Origin: Clostridia bacterium
GTDB lineage: Bacteria > Bacillota > Clostridia > Oscillospirales > Acutalibacteraceae
DNA length: 64,000 nucleotides
Direction: 5' to 3'
NCBI GenBank assembly: GCA_017549285.1
Contig: JAFYVE010000046.1
Coordinates: 2,294-66,293 of the forward strand
Part shown: in pieces, positions 1 to 8,829 of the stretch
Layout: every line of letters begins with the position of its first letter
Position numbering within the stretch: the first letter of the stretch is position 1
Program-made: the position numbers and the translations under genes
The notes under the pieces: model-generated
Databases searched by the model: none
Told to the model about the DNA's origin: nothing
Seen by the model: only the letters and a program-made list of their open reading frames with translations

Positions 1-2
1 TT

Positions 3-212
3 CAAGATTTTGAAAATGCGATTGCAGATGCTCAAAAGGCACTCTCAATCAAAAACAACGGCTCGGAAGCGGCTTCTCTGCTGACAATTATCTATGCTTT
101 GCAGAATGATGAAGAAAATAAGAAAAAATACTATCATATTTCAATAACTTCGGGAAAATCCCCCGAGGATATGAATGCGGCTATAGAGTATTTTCTGAAT
201 GAACAGAATTAA
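3..212 (+). CDS. 3' end of a gene truncated by the window edge; helical/TPR-like C-terminus, product unknown
   Basis: Frame 3 is open from the window edge to TAA at 210-212 (..DFENAIADAQKALSIKNNGSEAASLL..EYFLNEQN). A terminator follows. Confidence 0.5.
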   Translation, partial: QDFENAIADAQKALSIKNNGSEAASLLTIIYALQNDEENKKKYYHISITSGKSPEDMNAAIEYFLNEQN

Positions 213-296
213 AAATAAAGCCTGATTTGTGTGCCGTAAGGTCTGTACGTCTTGAAATTGTAGCGGATTATATTGAATATGAATGGCTATAAAAAG

Positions 297-322
297 AACC
301 ATCCGTCAGGGTGGTTTTTTTG
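297..322 (+). terminator. Rho-independent terminator
   Basis: Stem aaccatcc/gggtggtt (one G:U), loop gtca, then a T-run. Confidence 0.7.
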
Positions 323-391
323 TTATATATAATTGAATTTACAAAAATGTTGTGATAAAATTAAATCAGAAATAATTTTGAGGTGAACTTC

Positions 392-877
392 ATGAACTTA
401 TTTAAACATAAAAAACCTCAGCACAGCACAAGGCATTTTGCCGTCTGCGGAATTCTTGAAATTGACGGTAAGATTCTGTTTGTCCGTCATACATACGGTA
501 CGGCTAAGGATAAAATTTTAATTCCGGGAGGATATGTCAAGGAAAAGGAGCTTCCCACAAAGGCAGTTGAGCGTGAATTTTTCGAGGAAACTTCCGTTGT
601 CTGCAAAGCGGGCGAAATTTATTCAGTTCAGTTCAAACCTGAAGAATGGTGCATTGTTTTCACCCTTGAGTTTGTTTCTGGTGAGCCGAAGTCTGACGGT
701 TACGAAAACAGCGAAGTCCTGCTTCTGACAGTTGATGAGGCACTTGCCCGTGACGATATTACAAATATGAGCCGTGAAATCCTCAAAGCATATAAAGAAA
801 ACAAAAACGGCCTTGCAAAGAGTGATTATGTTGCAAAATCATATACTGCGGAGGATTATGTTCTGTTCGGAGTCTGA
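392..877 (+). CDS. NUDIX hydrolase
   Basis: Nudix box GGYVKEKELPTKAVEREFFEETSV (GX5EX7REUXEEXGU). ATG at 392 lies 6 nt after GAGGTG, so the track's GTG at 383 is probably an over-extension. Confidence 0.8.
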   Translation: MNLFKHKKPQHSTRHFAVCGILEIDGKILFVRHTYGTAKDKILIPGGYVKEKELPTKAVEREFFEETSVVCKAGEIYSVQFKPEEWCIVFTLEFVSGEPKSDGYENSEVLLLTVDEALARDDITNMSREILKAYKENKNGLAKSDYVAKSYTAEDYVLFGV

Positions 878-881
878 TATT

Positions 882-1478
882 ATGAATGACGTTGCAAAAC
901 ATTATGATATTCTCATTGATGAGGGACAGGACCCCGTGCATGACCCTGAGCAGCTGAAAAAATATATGGACAAATGGGACGGTCAGGGCTTTATTGATAA
1001 AATGGAGCTTGATAAAACAAAGTCCGTCCTTGAAATCGGTGTGGGTACGGGCAGAATTGCCGTTAAAGTTGCACCGTTATGTAAAGAATTTACGGGGATA
1101 GATATATCTGAAAAAACTATAAAACAGGCAAAGAAAAATATTAAAATGGGAATGTTCAGAAAGCCTGAACTTATCTGTGCAGATTTTCTCGGATATAATT
1201 TCAGTAAAAAATTTGATTTGATTTATTCGAGCCTTACTTTTCTGCATATAAAAGAAAAACAGAAGGCATTTGACATTGTCAGAGGACTTCTGAATGGTAA
1301 CGGCAGATTTGTCTTGTCAATTGACAAGAATCAGGATGAATTTCTTGATATCGGCACATCAAAAATCAGAGTTTATCCCGATAATCCCGATGATATAAAG
1401 TTATATGCCAAAAATTCAGGTCTTGAGTTGACAGAACAATCTGAAACGGAATTTGCACATATTTTTGTTTTGCGGTGA
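882..1478 (+). CDS. Class I SAM-dependent methyltransferase
   Basis: Motif I VLEIGVGTGRIA, followed by GIDISEKTI. ATG 882 lies just after the NUDIX stop; the track ORF start at 774 overlaps the upstream gene. Confidence 0.75.
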   Translation: MNDVAKHYDILIDEGQDPVHDPEQLKKYMDKWDGQGFIDKMELDKTKSVLEIGVGTGRIAVKVAPLCKEFTGIDISEKTIKQAKKNIKMGMFRKPELICADFLGYNFSKKFDLIYSSLTFLHIKEKQKAFDIVRGLLNGNGRFVLSIDKNQDEFLDIGTSKIRVYPDNPDDIKLYAKNSGLELTEQSETEFAHIFVLR

Positions 1479-1488
1479 AGAGGTAAAA

Positions 1489-2145
1489 ATGATTGATATT
1501 GATATTTTTATAAAAAATTTTATACATTGTCTTGATGAAAACTTCGGTGACAGAGTGTGTTTTGTCGGACTGCAGGGAAGCTACGGCAGAAATGAAGCTA
1601 CCGAAAACAGCGACATTGACATTGTTGTTATACTCGATGAATTTAATACAGAAGATATTGCTTTATATAACAGTATCCTCGATTCAATGCCCCACAGAGA
1701 AAAGCTCTGCGGTTTCATTTCGGGTAAAAACGAAATAATGAACTGGGAAACAGCCGACCTTTTTCAGTTTTATCACGATACAAAGCCTCTCAAGGGGAGT
1801 CTTGATGATTTTATTCCCGTTATTAATGATGAAGCCGTAAAAAGAGCCGTGAAATCTGGTGTCTGCAACATTTATCACGGTTGTGTTCATAATATGCTTT
1901 ATGAAAAAAGTGATGAAATCCTGAAAGACCTGTATAAAGGAGCTTCTTTTGTTTTGCAGGCTGTCGTTTACAGCCGTACGGGTGAATATTTCAGCAGACA
2001 AGCTGATTTATTGCCCTTTCTTAGCGATGATGAAAAGAAGATTCCTGAAACATTCATAACCCTTAAAAACGGAGGCACGGTTGACTTTCCGAAAATGTCC
2101 GAAACCCTGTTCAACTGGGCAAAGAAAGAGATTGATAAACAATAA
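1489..2145 (+). CDS. Nucleotidyltransferase-domain protein (pol-beta/ANT-like fold)
   Basis: GLQGSYGRNEATENSDIDIVVILD matches the GS..DxD NTase signature. ATG 1489 is preceded by GAGGTAAAA. Confidence 0.65.
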   Translation: MIDIDIFIKNFIHCLDENFGDRVCFVGLQGSYGRNEATENSDIDIVVILDEFNTEDIALYNSILDSMPHREKLCGFISGKNEIMNWETADLFQFYHDTKPLKGSLDDFIPVINDEAVKRAVKSGVCNIYHGCVHNMLYEKSDEILKDLYKGASFVLQAVVYSRTGEYFSRQADLLPFLSDDEKKIPETFITLKNGGTVDFPKMSETLFNWAKKEIDKQ

Positions 2146-2179
2146 TTTGCAGAGCAAAGTCCGACAAGATCTGATTTAC
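2138..2179 (+). repeat. Short derivative of the 182-bp intergenic element (left end aacaataatttg plus right end ccgacaaGaTctgattta)
   Basis: The 12-nt left end is identical to copies at 24238 and 33009. The right end has 2 mismatches to 24402-24419. The core is absent. Confidence 0.55.
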
Positions 2180-2240
2180 ATACAAATGTTGAAATGATCA
2201 GATAAATATGATACAATAAATAACGACTGGAGTGATTATT

Positions 2241-3500
2241 TTGAAACTGACAAAAAAGAAAAAAGTTCTTATCGGTATACTCAGTTCAATTCTTGCTGTT
2301 GTGATTCTTCTTACTGCAATCGGCCCGTATCTGGTGCTTAACGGTGCTCGTCAGCCTGAGGTTGCAGAAAGCTATAATTACAGCGAAAGTTTCCTTTTCA
2401 ATTATGATGATGTCCGAAAAAATATTAACAAACGTGTGAATAAGCTCCGTGCAGACGGTATTACAGTTGAAACAAATGAATTTGCCGTTGATGAGAGCGA
2501 CGGACTTTACATTGACAACATCTATCTCCCCTCATCAAAGGACAGAACAAACCTCATTGTCCTGACAACAGGTGTTCACGGTATGGAGGGTTATATCGGC
2601 TCGGTTATGCTTGATGTGTTCTTTGAAGAGATTTATCCCACACTCGACACGGAAAAAACAGGTATTCTTGTTGTTGCAAACGTCAATCCTTATGGTATGA
2701 AATATATGCGCCGTTACAACGAAAACAATGTTGACCTTAACCGTAATTTCATCATCAACTGGGACAATTTTGACCTTTCATCAAACAAGGATTACCCTGA
2801 AGTAAAGGAGTTTCTTCAGCCTGAAGGAAAAATCGGCAACGCACTCTGGCATGAAGTCGGTTTTTATCTGAGCCTTGCAAAAGAGGCTATCACAAAGGGT
2901 GCAGATAAGGTTTCAGATGCTCTTCTTACGGGTCAGTATGAATATCCCGAAGGTGTTTATTACGGCGGTAACGGCGACGAAAAGTCAACAGCTTATCTCA
3001 AAGGCGTTTTTGACGACTGCCTTGAAGGTGAATACGAAAACATTGTCCACATAGATATCCATTCAGGCTACGGTCCCCGTTATAATATGGTTATTTTCAA
3101 CTCTGTCTATGAAAAAATGACAGAAGCCGAAACAAAAAAGGCATTCGGTTATGACTATGTCATTTCACACGATTCCGAATCATTTTATGCCACAACAGGC
3201 GACACAACAGACTTCTTCTATCGTCTTGCCGAAAAGAAAAACACAGATAAAGAACTTTTCTCAACCTGTTTTGAATTCGGAACAATCGGTGACAGTTTTA
3301 TGGATTCAATTCTTTCACTCAAGTATACCGTTGACGAAAACAGACAGCATTGGTATCCCACGGAGAATAAGGTCACAAGTGAAGTTGTGCGTGAAAATTA
3401 CTATGAACTTTTCTATCCTACAGAAACCGAATGGCGTGAAAAAACAGTTGAAGATTTTATTGCCGCAACAAACGGCGTCCTCGGTGCAAAACTGAAATAA
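2241..3500 (+). CDS. M14-like zinc carboxypeptidase family protein (DUF2817-like), N-terminal membrane anchor
   Basis: Motifs VHGMEGYIGS, NPYGM and NVDLNRNF; hydrophobic N-terminus. Start is ambiguous: TTG 2241 sits 8 nt after GGAG, while the GTG at 2232 overlaps that RBS. Confidence 0.6.
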   Translation: MKLTKKKKVLIGILSSILAVVILLTAIGPYLVLNGARQPEVAESYNYSESFLFNYDDVRKNINKRVNKLRADGITVETNEFAVDESDGLYIDNIYLPSSKDRTNLIVLTTGVHGMEGYIGSVMLDVFFEEIYPTLDTEKTGILVVANVNPYGMKYMRRYNENNVDLNRNFIINWDNFDLSSNKDYPEVKEFLQPEGKIGNALWHEVGFYLSLAKEAITKGADKVSDALLTGQYEYPEGVYYGGNGDEKSTAYLKGVFDDCLEGEYENIVHIDIHSGYGPRYNMVIFNSVYEKMTEAETKKAFGYDYVISHDSESFYATTGDTTDFFYRLAEKKNTDKELFSTCFEFGTIGDSFMDSILSLKYTVDENRQHWYPTENKVTSEVVRENYYELFYPTETEWREKTVEDFIAATNGVLGAKLK

Positions 3501-3507
3501 TCAAACA

Positions 3508-3545
3508 AATCCTTCCGTATTTTTTGCGGAAGGATTTTTGTTTTG
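3508..3545 (+). terminator. Rho-independent terminator
   Basis: Stem atccttccg/cggaaggat followed by tttttgtttt. Confidence 0.8.
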
Positions 3546-3748
3546 TTGTAATGTCTGTCAAACCATGTTATAATAAAAAAATGAGGGTATCAGAAGCAAC
3601 AAGTCTGTTCCTTTTTAAAGGAAACGGGCAATTATCTTATGTACCGTTACATTCTCGGCACCGATATAACAGACGAAATCTCATCGCACTATAAATTCTG
3701 TTCACACTTCAGTTTTTGGCATCGGTACGGTTGAAATATAGAAACTTG

Positions 3749-3778
3749 TTGACAAAACCCTTGTTCATATGTGATAAT
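3749..3778 (+). promoter_or_regulatory. Sigma-A type promoter for the FAD-dependent protein gene
   Basis: TTGACA, 18-nt spacer, then TGtGATAAT (extended -10). Confidence 0.5.
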
Positions 3779-3844
3779 ATTTCCGGCACATAAAAAGATT
3801 TTGTATATAACCAACTACTTAAAAAGAAAACAAAAGAGGTTAAA

Positions 3845-5212
3845 ATGATGAATTACGACGTTATTATTGTCGGCGCAGGCCCCGGCGGAATTTTTGCCGC
3901 ATACGAGCTTTCTGAGAGAAGACCCGATCTTAAAATTGCCGTATTCGAGGCAGGACACGCTCTCCACAAAAGAAAATGTCCCATTGACGGTGAAAAAATA
4001 AAAACCTGCATAGGTTGCAAAAGCTGTAGTATTATGAGCGGTTTCGGCGGTGCGGGGGCTTTCTCAGACGGTAAATACAACATCACAAATGACTTCGGCG
4101 GCACACTTTATGAACATCTCGGCAAAAAACAGGCTCTTGACCTGATGCATTATGTTGATAAAATAAATCTCAGATTCGGCGGTGAGGGCACAAAGCTTTA
4201 CTCAACAGCGGGATCACGCTTCAAGACAGTCTGCATTCAGAATGACCTGCATCTTCTTGACGCTTCTGTCCGTCATCTTGGTACAGATATCAACTATATT
4301 GTTCTTGAAAATCTTTATAATTACCTTAAAGATAAGGTTCAGTTTTTCTTTGATACCCATGTTGACACGGTGTCAATGAAAGACGGCAGATACAACATAA
4401 CTACAGGTGACAATACATACACCTGCGAAAAATGTATCATTTCCGTAGGTCGTATCGGAAGCAAATGGATGGAAAATGTCTGTCGTGAACTTAATGTTCC
4501 CACAAAATCAAACCGTGTTGATATCGGTGTCAGAGTTGAACTTCCCGCCGCTGTTTTTGCACATCTTACAGATGAACTTTATGAAAGCAAAATCGTTTAC
4601 CGCACCGAAAAATACGGCGACAGAGTCCGTACATTCTGTATGAATCCCAAGGGCTCCGTTGTTAATGAAAATACAAACGGCATCATCACCGTTAACGGTC
4701 ACAGCTATGAAGACCCTGAAAAGCAGACAGACAACACAAACTTCGCACTGCTTGTTGCCAAGCATTTTTCAGAGCCTTTCAAAGACTCAAACGGCTACGG
4801 TGAATCTATCGCAAGACTCAGCAATATGCTTGGCGGCGGTGTCATTGTCCAGCGTTTCGGTGACCTCATAAGAGGAAGACGTTCAAATGCAAACCGTATA
4901 GAAGAATCATTTGTCACACCCACATTGAATGCAACACCCGGTGACCTCAGCCTTGTTCTTCCCAAGCGTATTCTTGACGGTATTATTGAAATGATTTACG
5001 CCCTTGATAAGGTTGCACCCGGTACAGCAAACGAAGATACACTTCTTTACGGTGTGGAAGTCAAGTTCTACAATATGGAGGTTGACGTTGACAGAAATCT
5101 TCAGACAGATTACGAGGGCCTTTATATCATCGGTGACGGAAGCGGTATCACCCATTCACTTTCACACGCATCTGCAAGCGGCGTCCACGTCGCAAGACAT
5201 ATCTGCGGTTAA
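3845..5212 (+). CDS. FAD-dependent dehydrogenase (COG2509-like)
   Basis: Dinucleotide-binding motif DVIIVGAGPGGIFAAYEL at the N-terminus and IIGDGSG near the C-terminus. RBS GAGG lies 6 nt upstream. Confidence 0.7.
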   Translation: MMNYDVIIVGAGPGGIFAAYELSERRPDLKIAVFEAGHALHKRKCPIDGEKIKTCIGCKSCSIMSGFGGAGAFSDGKYNITNDFGGTLYEHLGKKQALDLMHYVDKINLRFGGEGTKLYSTAGSRFKTVCIQNDLHLLDASVRHLGTDINYIVLENLYNYLKDKVQFFFDTHVDTVSMKDGRYNITTGDNTYTCEKCIISVGRIGSKWMENVCRELNVPTKSNRVDIGVRVELPAAVFAHLTDELYESKIVYRTEKYGDRVRTFCMNPKGSVVNENTNGIITVNGHSYEDPEKQTDNTNFALLVAKHFSEPFKDSNGYGESIARLSNMLGGGVIVQRFGDLIRGRRSNANRIEESFVTPTLNATPGDLSLVLPKRILDGIIEMIYALDKVAPGTANEDTLLYGVEVKFYNMEVDVDRNLQTDYEGLYIIGDGSGITHSLSHASASGVHVARHICG

Positions 5213-5228
5213 AATAATAAAACCATAT

Positions 5229-5266
5229 AAAAAAGATTCCGCCTTATGACGGAATCTTAATTTTTT
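5229..5266. terminator. Bidirectional terminator between convergent genes
   Basis: Stem aagattccg/cggaatctt flanked by an A-run and a T-run. Confidence 0.75.
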
Positions 5267-6605
5267 ATACTGTGAAATTTATTGAAACAGCGTCAGATTT
5301 GTATTTATATGCGCTTTCGGCTGTGACTGTGAGTGTATATGTTTTTCCTTTTTCGAGGATGTCCTTTCCTACGGTAAAGCCGTCTGTCTTTTCATCATCG
5401 ACAATGTAATAGGGAGCGACAAAGTCAGTTTTATAAACTTCTTTGCCCTGCTCATCGGTGATTTTTACGTTATAAGTATGAACGATATAACCATCGGGTA
5501 CCTGAGCCTCTGTGAATGAAATTCTGTAATTGCCGTTTTCGTCGGTTACAACAGAAGCCTCCGTATTTTCGGGGAAAACGGGAGCGTCATCGTGGGCTTT
5601 CATATTTTTGTATGTATAGGCAAAGGTGTCCGTATCGTTTACATTTTCAATGAAATAGTCACAGAAGAATGTGTCTGAAATCAGGTCATAGCCTCTGATT
5701 CTGACTCTGCCGTCATTGTCTGCTTCAACAACACAGAACTGTGCCGCATCTTCATATCTTTCGGGGTGCTGACCTACCATATAATTCTTGTCGGTCTCAA
5801 ATCTCGCCATTGCACCCACACCGACGGATGTATACGAACTCTGATTGATGCTTCTGGGGTCATTCATCGGGAAATGTGAATGTCCCGAGAAATTTATAAC
5901 CTTGCTGTGCCCTGCAAAGACGGGATTAAGCTGAGGTGAGCACCAGAAACTGCTTCCGTAGACGCTGCCGAAAGGATGAGGATGCTGAAAAACAAGAATC
6001 GGTTTGTCACCGGCTGTTTCTTCTGCCTTGTGAATCTCGTCGCTGAGCCATTTTACGCTTTTGGGTGTGAATGTCCACTCTGTCAGCATTCGTTCACCCG
6101 AAAAAGAGATACAGGTAAAGCCATTAATTTCCGTAACCGTGTTAAGACCGTGGGAGAAATGCTTTTCAAACTTTTCCTTGTAGTCGTCGTGCTTGAATTC
6201 GTGATTTCCGCACACATTTATGCAGACGGTTTCTTCCCTGATATGTTCTTTGAGTGTATTCACATAATTCTCATAGTCCTCGTCCGTGCCGATGCTTGTG
6301 AAATCGCCCAGACCGAAAAATCCGTCAACGCCCGCATATACGGGGTCGTTATCAAAAAGAGCATAAGCCGTGTCAATGGCATCTGCAAGATTTTCATTTT
6401 CGTTGTGAGTGTCCGTGTAAACAACAAGTCTTATTGCAGGCTTGAAATCATCAGGCACAACGGGTAAACTTTCCGTCACAGAGCCCTTTGACATCTGTGC
6501 TGCACCCCATAAAAGTGTAACAATACAGCATAAAGCAAGAAAACCTATAATCGTTCCGAAAAAAATACAAAGAACTTTTGCAGTAATTTTAAGTGCTTTT
6601 TTCAT
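5265..6605 (-). CDS. Membrane-anchored/secreted metallophosphoesterase with C-terminal Ig-like region
   Basis: Calcineurin-like motifs DTHNE, GDFTS, GNHEF and GHSHF; hydrophobic N-terminal segment. Confidence 0.75.
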   Translation of the reverse strand: MKKALKITAKVLCIFFGTIIGFLALCCIVTLLWGAAQMSKGSVTESLPVVPDDFKPAIRLVVYTDTHNENENLADAIDTAYALFDNDPVYAGVDGFFGLGDFTSIGTDEDYENYVNTLKEHIREETVCINVCGNHEFKHDDYKEKFEKHFSHGLNTVTEINGFTCISFSGERMLTEWTFTPKSVKWLSDEIHKAEETAGDKPILVFQHPHPFGSVYGSSFWCSPQLNPVFAGHSKVINFSGHSHFPMNDPRSINQSSYTSVGVGAMARFETDKNYMVGQHPERYEDAAQFCVVEADNDGRVRIRGYDLISDTFFCDYFIENVNDTDTFAYTYKNMKAHDDAPVFPENTEASVVTDENGNYRISFTEAQVPDGYIVHTYNVKITDEQGKEVYKTDFVAPYYIVDDEKTDGFTVGKDILEKGKTYTLTVTAESAYKYKSDAVSINFTV

Positions 6606-6738
6606 ATTGAGTCACCCTCTCCTGATTCAATAATATAATTTTATATAAAACATGTCAATATCCGACTCCACGGAAAGTAGGTTGCTGTTTCTATTTGTTT
6701 CTGTTATTATATATTTATAAAATCCAAGGAGAAAAACA

Positions 6739-7323
6739 ATGAACACATATATAACGGGTGCAGTTATAAAGAAACTGCGTGAAGCAAAGGGAATGACACA
6801 GCTTGAACTTGCCGAGGCAACGGGAGTCAGCGATAAAGCCGTGTCAAAATGGGAAACGGCAAAGGGACTGCCCGATATAACCCTTATTGAACCTCTTGCA
6901 AAGGCTCTGTGCGTATCCGTAACGGAACTTATCTCAGGCAATACGGTCACAAACTCAAATATATCATCAAATATACTCCGTTCAAAGTTTTATGTCTGCC
7001 CTGTCTGCGGAAATATCATCCGCACAACGGGTGATGCTGTTATAAGCTGTTGCGGTATAACTCTTCCACCCCTTGAAGCGGAAGAAACAGACGATGCACA
7101 CAGAATAAATGTCGAAAAAGTCGAGGATGAACATTTCATTACCATAAATCACGATATGACGAAGACACATTTCATCTCATTCCTCGCATACCTTACATCA
7201 GACAGAGTGCAGTTTGTCAAATTCTATCCGGAGGGTAATGCCGAAACACGACTGCAGCTCAGAGGAAGAGGATATCTTTATATTTATTGTAATAAACACG
7301 GTCTTATGAAGCAGAAAGTGTAA
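6739..7323 (+). CDS. XRE-family HTH domain fused to a desulfoferrodoxin (2Fe superoxide reductase) module
   Basis: N-terminus IKKLREAKGMTQLELAEATGVSDKAVSKWE. It is followed by CPVCG..(13)..CC (desulforedoxin-type site), then AHRINV, HDMTKTH and YCNKHG, which match the SOR centre II ligands. Confidence 0.75.
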   Translation: MNTYITGAVIKKLREAKGMTQLELAEATGVSDKAVSKWETAKGLPDITLIEPLAKALCVSVTELISGNTVTNSNISSNILRSKFYVCPVCGNIIRTTGDAVISCCGITLPPLEAEETDDAHRINVEKVEDEHFITINHDMTKTHFISFLAYLTSDRVQFVKFYPEGNAETRLQLRGRGYLYIYCNKHGLMKQKV

Positions 7324-7432
7324 ACAACAAATTCTGATTTTCAACATATTTCAGAATACATTCAACTCTTCAGTTATTGAAATACAACCCCCTTTCCTGT
7401 ATAGTATAATCATAATAACAAGGAGTGATTTT

Positions 7433-8209
7433 ATGCTTTCAGCGGGTAACAACATTAAAAGAATGCGCCTTAAAAAGGGATTGACGCAGGAGGAGGTTGC
7501 ACTTCACCTCGGTGTTTCATTTCAGTCCGTCAGCAAATGGGAAAGAGGAGACGGCTATCCCGATATTGAAATGCTTCCTGCAATTGCAAATTATTTCGGA
7601 ATAAGTGTTGACGAATTGCTGGGTGTCAGTGAACAGACAAAAAAAGAAAAGTATGATGAAATCAACTCGGAATGGGCATACAATAACAAAAGCGGTTTCC
7701 ATTCAGAGAATGTAACACTTATGCGTGATGCCCTGAGAAAGTTTCCGAATGATGCACTTCTTCTCGTTCAGCTTTCAACTTCTCTTGAGAAAATTGACGG
7801 AACCGAGGAAGAAAAAGACAGGTATTTAAGGGAATCAATTGCCGTTCAGGAACAGATTATAAAGTATTGTGATGATTGTGAGGTCCGTGGTGCTACACTT
7901 TACAATATTTGTTTTGCATATAAGAAAATCGGCAACATTGATAAAGCAATTGAACAGGCAAAGAAACTCCCGAATCTTTATAAAGGACGGGAGAATGCCC
8001 TTGTTTATTTCCTTGAAGGCGAGGAGAAACATGATGTGGCAAAGGAAGCACTCAAACCCCTTGCATGGGGAATTGCCCATCATATGACGGCACTCTCTGA
8101 AACGGAAAATAATCCGATTTATAAGAAAAAGGCGGCAGAAATTATTGATATTCTTTTCGGTGATGATAAAGATGAATTTATCACCAGGATTAGCGAAAGT
8201 CTGAATTAA
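7433..8209 (+). CDS. XRE-family transcriptional regulator with helical/TPR-like C-terminal domain
   Basis: IKRMRLKKGLTQEEVALHLGVSFQSVSKWERG; helical repeat-like remainder; RBS AAGGAG. Confidence 0.7.
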   Translation: MLSAGNNIKRMRLKKGLTQEEVALHLGVSFQSVSKWERGDGYPDIEMLPAIANYFGISVDELLGVSEQTKKEKYDEINSEWAYNNKSGFHSENVTLMRDALRKFPNDALLLVQLSTSLEKIDGTEEEKDRYLRESIAVQEQIIKYCDDCEVRGATLYNICFAYKKIGNIDKAIEQAKKLPNLYKGRENALVYFLEGEEKHDVAKEALKPLAWGIAHHMTALSETENNPIYKKKAAEIIDILFGDDKDEFITRISESLN

Positions 8210-8218
8210 TATTGTTAT

Positions 8219-8259
8219 TCACCTCTGTTTTATGATATAATCTTTTAAAACAGAGGTGA
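8219..8259 (+). promoter_or_regulatory. 14-bp perfect inverted repeat overlapping the RBS of the next gene
   Basis: tcacctctgtttta (8219-8232) pairs with taaaacagaggtga (8246-8259). The 3' arm contains the GAGGTG Shine-Dalgarno for ATG 8264. Confidence 0.6.
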
Positions 8260-8263
8260 AATT

Positions 8264-8767
8264 ATGATTATTCTCATAACAGGAGCTTCCCACACGGGCA
8301 AAACCGCATTGGCACAGAAGCTTCTTGAAAAATATAAATATCCTTATCTTTCAATTGACCACCTGAAAATGGGGTTGATACGAAGCGGTAATACGGAGCT
8401 TAATCCTACGAGTGATGACACACTTTTAACGGAATATCTGTGGAAAATCGTTCGTGAAATGATAAAAACAGCCGTCGAAAACAATCAGAATCTGATTGTT
8501 GAGGGGTGTTATATCCCGTCTGACTGGAGAACCGGTTTTACGGAAGAATATCTCGGAGATATCATATGTATCTGTCTTGTTATGACAGAAAAATATATAA
8601 GAAACCATTTTGATGATATTAAAAAATACGAAAACGTTATTGAACGCAGACTGTATGATGACTGCACGCAGGAAGAATTGCTGAAAGACAATGCTTACTA
8701 TTACAAGAACTTCGGTACAGACTGTGTTATAATTGATGAAACTTATAATTTTGAATTAAATATCTGA
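8264..8767 (+). CDS. P-loop NTPase / small-molecule kinase-like protein
   Basis: Walker A ITGASHTGKT at residues 5-14; ~19 kDa size typical of nucleotide/2-phosphoglycerate kinase-like folds. Confidence 0.55.
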   Translation: MIILITGASHTGKTALAQKLLEKYKYPYLSIDHLKMGLIRSGNTELNPTSDDTLLTEYLWKIVREMIKTAVENNQNLIVEGCYIPSDWRTGFTEEYLGDIICICLVMTEKYIRNHFDDIKKYENVIERRLYDDCTQEELLKDNAYYYKNFGTDCVIIDETYNFELNI

Positions 8768-8829
8768 TTTAAATTTTATCCGTTTTGATGTTACAATTTC
8801 AGGGCATAATGAATTCAGAGGTGTTTTTT

